NCBI RefSeq assembly: GCF_902713615.1
Contig: NC_052166.1
Coordinates: 2,156,961 to 2,220,960, forward strand
Length of the DNA: 64,000 nt
DNA from: Scyliorhinus canicula
Lineage: Eukaryota
Reading direction: 5' to 3'
A program made the position numbers and the translations under genes. The stretch's first letter is position 1. Every line of letters starts with the position of its first letter. This document shows positions 58,928 to 64,000 of the stretch, one piece after another. A model generated the notes under the pieces. The model was not told the origin of the DNA. It saw only the letters and a program-made list of their open reading frames with translations, and did no database searches.

Positions 58928-59894
58928 TGATAGATGAAAAGCTTCAACAACTCTCTTTTCAGCAAAATTCAAAAGTTGGGTGGTGTTTGAGGGAGGAATA
59001 TTGTCCGGGATAGTCGGAGAGTTCCCCTTCCCAAAGCTCTTCTACAAAGAGTGACACAGGCTCCTGACTGTCCACCTCAATCTAGCATTGAAGCAATCCT
59101 TAGCACTGAAAGGTATTGTCTGCCAAGATTACTTATTTAAGTCGTGGTGTTTGGATATAATGATGACCTCTCTGATCTGCGTTTGAGACAGTGACCACTG
59201 GACTAACAGCCTGGCTCTCTGCTAGCACTGTTGCTGCTGAGAGACACTGCAGACTCTGTGCATAGTTTCCCCTTCTGTGTCGTACTGAGGGGGTGAAGTG
59301 CTGTTTTCCCAATGAGACACCAACTTGTTCAGGCGAATGTTAAAGATGTTGTGACATTGTCAGAGGAAGAGGAGGGACTTCTCTCCAGAACCTCGTCCAA
59401 CACCAAAAGAAACAGATGATTTAATTCATGATGAAACTTTCCCTTGTGTGACAATCAGTGTAACACAGAGAAGTAGAGGGGTTGAATGAGTTGGTTAGAG
59501 AGGTAGGGCTTTGTGTAATTGACATATTTCACCATTAGTTATCTCAACAAGTATCTCACATTGCCCAGGAAATCACAAGCATGATACAATTCAGTCTATT
59601 GATCATTTTTAACAGATTTCCACAGTTCCTTTACATTGTCTGCAATATACAAACACCCCTTGAACAATTAATGAAGCTTTATTAATATTTGATGTGACAT
59701 TCTGATAAACAAAATAAACTAAAAACATCCAACAGGTGAAGACGGCTGCTCTTCCTCCCAATGACGTTAATCTAGAGTAAAAGGCAGGAACAGTATTCAT
59801 TATATCAAATATCAAAATTGCTTGAAAAATATTACAAAGATGATCAGTGTTTGTTGTTGGTATCATTTCTTGGAATCGAACACTTCCAAGGTCA

Positions 59895-60610
59895 GATATA
59901 GAATAAAGCTCCCTCTACACTGTCCCCATCAAACACTCCCAGGACAGGTACAGCACGGGGTTAGATACAGAGTAAAGCTCCCTCTACACTGTCCCCATCA
60001 AACACTCCCAGGACAGGTACAGCACGGGGTTAGATACAGAGTAAAGCTCCCTCTACACTGTCTCCATCAAACACTCCCAGGGCAGGTACAGCACGGGGTT
60101 AGATACAGAGTAAATCTCCCTCTACACTGTCCCCATCAAACACTCCCAGGACAGGTACAGCACGGGGTTAGATACAGAGTAAAGCTCCCTCTACACTGTC
60201 CCCATCAAATACTCCCAGGACAGGTACAGCACGGGGTTAGATACAGAGTAAAGCTCCCTCTACACTGTCCCCATCAAACACTCCTAGGACAGGTACAGCA
60301 CGGGGTTAGATACAGAGTAAAGCTCCCTCTACACTGTCCCCATGAAACACTCCCAGGACAGATACAGCACGGGGTTAGATACAGAGAAAAGCTCCCTCTA
60401 CACTGCCCCCATCAAACACTCCCAGGACAGGTACAGCACGGGGTTAGATACAGAGTAAAGCTCCCTCTACACTGTCCCCATCAAACATTCCCAGGACAGG
60501 TACAGCACAGGGTTAGATACAGAGTAAAGCTCCCTCTACACTGTCCCCATCAAACACTCCCAGGACAGGTACAGCACGGGGTTAGACACAGAGTAAAGCT
60601 CCCTCTATAC
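59895..60610. repeat. 69-bp satellite, about 10 copies
   Basis: Unit AGAGTAAAGCTCCCTCTACACTGTCCCCATCAAACACTCCCAGGACAGGTACAGCACGGGGTTAGATAC. The 267-aa ORF is its translation. Confidence 0.95.
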
Positions 60611-60769
60611 TCTCCTGACCACTGATTTTTGGCCATCTTGATCAGCTCCTGGTGCAATTGTTCAATTTTCAATTCCTGAACCAATATATTTTATGGGCTA
60701 TTTTAGTGCAAGTGACAATTCAATACCAATTTGTGTTGGGATTTTGATAGTATGTTGCTCTGGACTTGT

Positions 60770-61270
60770 CTCTATCAGGCACTGGATTTTTGCATCATAT
60801 TATTGGGCTGCTTGGGAACACCACCACCTGGAGGTTCCCATCCGGGCCACACACCATCTTGACTTGGAAATATATCGCTGTTCCTTCACTGTCACTTGGT
60901 CAAAATCCTGGAACTCCTTCCTTAACAGCCCTGTGGGTGTACCTGTACCACACAGGCTGCAGTGTTTTTTAAAATAAATTTAGAGTACCCAATTTTTTTT
61001 TCCAATTAAGGGGCAATTTAGCGTGGCCAATCCACCTACCCTGCACATCTTTGGGTTGTGAGGGTGAAACCCACGCAGACACGGGGAGAATGTGCAAACT
61101 CCACACGGACAGTCACCCAGAGCCGGGATTCGAACCCGGGTCCTCAGCGCTGTGAGGCAGCAGTGTTAACCACTGCGCCATCGTGCTGCCCTATGGGCTG
61201 CAGTGTTTTACTGAGGCAGCTCATTACTCCCTACTTGAGGGGCAGTCACTGATGGATAATAAGTACTGGC
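60770..61270 (+). mobile_element. Old CR1 3' fragment interrupted by a SINE
   Basis: CACCATCTTGACTTGGAAATATATCGCTGTTCCTTCACTGTC..AAATCCTGGAACTCC, a CR1-type 3' region. Confidence 0.65.
60969..61191 (-). mobile_element. V-SINE with A-rich tail and 14-bp TSD GGCTGCAGTGTTTT
   Basis: TSD at 60,955-68 and 61,196-209. Target reads TTTT/A. Confidence 0.88.
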
Positions 61271-61630
61271 TCACATCCCAGGAAAGGGCTAAGAAAAATC
61301 TGCAACACATTAATTACTGGAATGAGGATAGTTGAACACGGTCTTACACTGCTTGAGGGACCAATATCTGATCCTACTTGACTCTGACTGACAGTAATAC
61401 GTTGGCTAAAATGAAGAGAGTATCAGTGGGATTAATGATACAAACCTTAATCTGTGATATTTCCATCCTTGATCACAAAGTTATTATTTGCAGAACTGAC
61501 TGGAACAAGGTTTCCCCTGTCTGTAAATGAATTGATAAACATGTTGAAGCTGCCACTTTATAAATCCCAACAGAAACTAAAGCATTTGGTGAATGTGGGA
61601 ACAGAATCAGTCACAATAAAGAGAAGAAAC

Positions 61631-61746
61631 TCACCTGCTGCACAGCTTTGTAACCAGGTACAGACCTACCATCAACCCAAGAGCACCAACAATAACTCCA
61701 ACAGCACAGACAATGGTCCCAATGTGGAGCTGTGGATCTGACTGAT
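61631..61746 (-). CDS. Connecting-peptide/transmembrane exon of an MHC class II alpha-type gene (upstream exons outside window)
   Basis: Acceptor TTTTAAACAG|AT, phase 1. xQSDPQLHIGTIVCAVGVIVGALGLMVGLYLVTKLCSR then TGA (or donor AG|GTGAGT at 61,635). The C-x2-G-x3-G-x2-G-x3-G spacing is that of class II alpha TM helices. Confidence 0.7.
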
Positions 61747-61811
61747 CTGTTTAAAATGTCAAAGAACAGCAGGTTAAATCTTTGTTTATGTTCACTGATC
61801 ATCAGAATTAG

Positions 61812-63650
61812 GGGTGTGTCAGTATTTACTGATGATCCCGGGGGAGTGTGTCAGTATTTACTGATGATCCCGGGGGAGTGTGTCAGTATTTACAGGGGGG
61901 TCCACAGGAAGTGTGTCCATATTTACAGGGTGTCCCAAAGGAACATGTCAGTATTTACAGGGGTGTCCTCAGGACGTGCGTCAGTATTTACAGGGGTTCC
62001 CTCGGGTTTGTCACAAGGGTACTTACAGGGAGTCTCCAAGGATGTGTCAGTATTTACAGGGGGTCCCCAGGGAGTGTGTCAGTATTTACAGGGGGTCCCG
62101 GGGAGTGTGTCAGTATTTACAGGGGGTTCCCGGGGAGTGTGTCAGTATTTACAGGGGGTCCCCAGGGATGTGTCAGTATTTACAGGGGGGTTCCCGGGGA
62201 GTGTGTCAGTATTTACAGGGGGTCCCGGGGAGTGTGTCAGTATTTACAGGGGATCCCGGGGAGTGTGTCAGTATTTACAGGGGGTCCCCAGGGTGTGTCA
62301 GTATTTACAGGGGGGCCCCAGGGAGTGTGTCAGTATTTACAGGGAGTCCCGGGGAGTGTGTCAGTATTTACAGGGGGACCCCGGGGAGTGTGTCAGTATT
62401 TACAGGGGGACCCCGGGGAGTGTGTCAGTATTTACAGGGAGTCCCGGGGAGTGTGTCAGTATTTACAGGGGGGTTCCCGGGGAGTGTGTCAGTATTTACA
62501 GGGGGACCCCGGGGAGTGTGTCAGTATTTACAGGGAGTCCCGGGGAGTGTGTCAGTATTTACAGGGGGGTTCCCGGGGAGTGTGTCAGTATTTACAGGGG
62601 GTCCCCAGGGTGTGTCAGTATTTACAGGGGGGTCCCGGGGAGTGTGTCAGTATTTACAGGGGGGTCCCGGGGAGTGTGTCAGTATTTGCAGGGGGTTCCC
62701 GGGGAGTGTGTCAGTATTTACAGGGGGTTCCGGGCAGTATGTCAGTATTTACAGGGGTTTCCCAGGGAGTGTGTCAGTATTTACAGGGGGGTCCCGGGGA
62801 GTGTGTCAGTATTTACAGGGGGTCCCCGGGGAGTGTGTCAGTATTTACAGGGGGTTCCCGGGGAGTGTGTCAGTATTTACAGGGGGGTCCCGGGGAGTGT
62901 GTCAGTATTTACAGGGGGGTCCCGGGGAGTGTCAGTATTTACAGGGGGTTCCGGGGAGTGTGTCAGTATTTACAGGGGGGTCCCCGGGGAGTGTGTCAGT
63001 ATTTACAGGGGGGTCCCGGGGAGTGTCAGTATTTACAGGGGGATCCCGGGGAGTGTGTCAGTATTTACAGGGGGGTCCCCGGGGAGTGTGTCAGTATTTA
63101 CAGGGGGGTCCCCGGGGAGTGTGTCAGTATTTACAGGGGGGTCCCCGGGGAGTGTGTCAGTATTTACAGGGGGTTCCGGGCAGTATGTCAGTATTTACAG
63201 GGGTTTCCCAGGGAGTGTGTCAGTATTTACAGGGGGTTCCCGGGGAGTGTGTCAGTATTTACAGGGGGTCCCTGGGGAGTGTGTCAGTATTTACAGGGGG
63301 TTCCGGGCAGTATGTCAGTATTTACAGGGGGTCCCCAGGGTGTGTCAGTATTTACAGGGGGGTCCCGGGGAGTGTGTCAGTATTTACAGGGGTTTCCCGG
63401 GGAGTGTGTCAGTATTTACAGGGGGTCGCCGGGGAGTGTGTCAGTATTTACAGGGGGGTCCCGGGGAGTGTCAGTATTTACAGGGGGTTCCGGGCAGTAT
63501 GTCAGTATTTACAGGGGTTTCCCAGGGAGTGTGTCAGTATTTACAGGATGTCCCGGAGAAGCAAGTCTGTATTTACAGGGGGGGCTCGTGGGATTGCTTC
63601 AATAATTACTTGGGTTCCCGGGGAGTGTCACAATTTACAGGGGGTCTCCA
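61812..63650. repeat. ~31-32 bp G-rich minisatellite GTGTGTCAGTATTTACAGGGGGTTCCCGGGGA, about 55-60 copies
   Basis: Tandem units with variable G-run length. No stop codon in any plus frame, which explains the three 585-640 aa ORFs. Confidence 0.97.
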
Positions 63651-63889
63651 GTGAGCGTGAATTTCGGGAATATTCAGAGGAGTTTCCACGCAGTGAAGTT
63701 TGCAAACCTCTAGTGTAAACAGGTTACTCTGGGTCTGAATGGGAGCGTAACTCAGTCAGTTAGATGCCGTGATCTACCCAGATCTCGTGAGGCATTGCAA
63801 TCGGGATTTTGCCCACAATGGACTGCACCAAGCCATTTGCACATAAGTAGGTTAAAACCCCCTTTGACGTGCTGACCCAGGATATTAAA

Positions 63890-64000
63890 AAAAAAACATT
63901 TTTTGCTATAAAATTAGAGTGCCCAATTCATTTTTTCCAATTAAGGGGCAATTTAGCGTGGCCAATCCACCTACCCTGCACATCTAAGGGTCGTGGGGGT
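63890..64000 (-). mobile_element. 3' end of an A-tailed V-SINE running off the window
   Basis: Same tail complement as the copy at 60,969 (TTAGAGTGCCCAATT..AAGGGGCAATTTAGCGTGGCCAATCC). Confidence 0.8.

Noticed and set aside
59822-60625. 267-aa ORF with 23-aa repeats; regular spacing suggestive of a CRISPR array
   Set aside because: 69-bp satellite with identical units and no unique spacers, in eukaryotic context with no cas genes.
61732-63718. Three overlapping 585-640 aa ORFs
   Set aside because: Translations of a stop-free 31-32 bp minisatellite, open in all three frames.

Overview
Repeat-dense vertebrate genomic DNA, almost certainly a cartilaginous fish (inferred from HE1-type V-SINEs with CR1 tails, CR1 and L1-like LINEs, Penelope-like elements, GC-rich Harbinger transposons and Gypsy LTR elements). 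The dominant structure is a large inverted duplication. The left arm (about 5,719-26,970) mirrors the right arm (44,620-58,894), with about 14.3 kb shared at roughly 97-99% identity by eye. An older, more diverged outer match links 3,686-4,050 with 59,690-60,610. The 17.6 kb spacer contains a 100-N assembly gap, so the orientation needs long-read confirmation. Host-gene signals are few: a minus-strand exon at 61,631-61,746 encoding an MHC class II alpha-type transmembrane segment (CxxGxxxGxxGxxxG), a NUDCD3 processed pseudogene split by a solo LTR, and a CCAAT x3 + TATA promoter-like element at the outer arm end. Other notable items are minimal hammerhead ribozymes in Penelope-derived inserts, a (TTAGGG)n-capped CR1/SINE chimera with a 7-bp TSD, a Gypsy element with no tRNA primer-binding site, and a near-full-length Harbinger with an almost intact spliced Myb/SANT gene beside a dead transposase. 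Most long ORFs in the track are artefacts of tandem repeats. Coordinates were read by hand and no database searches were run.
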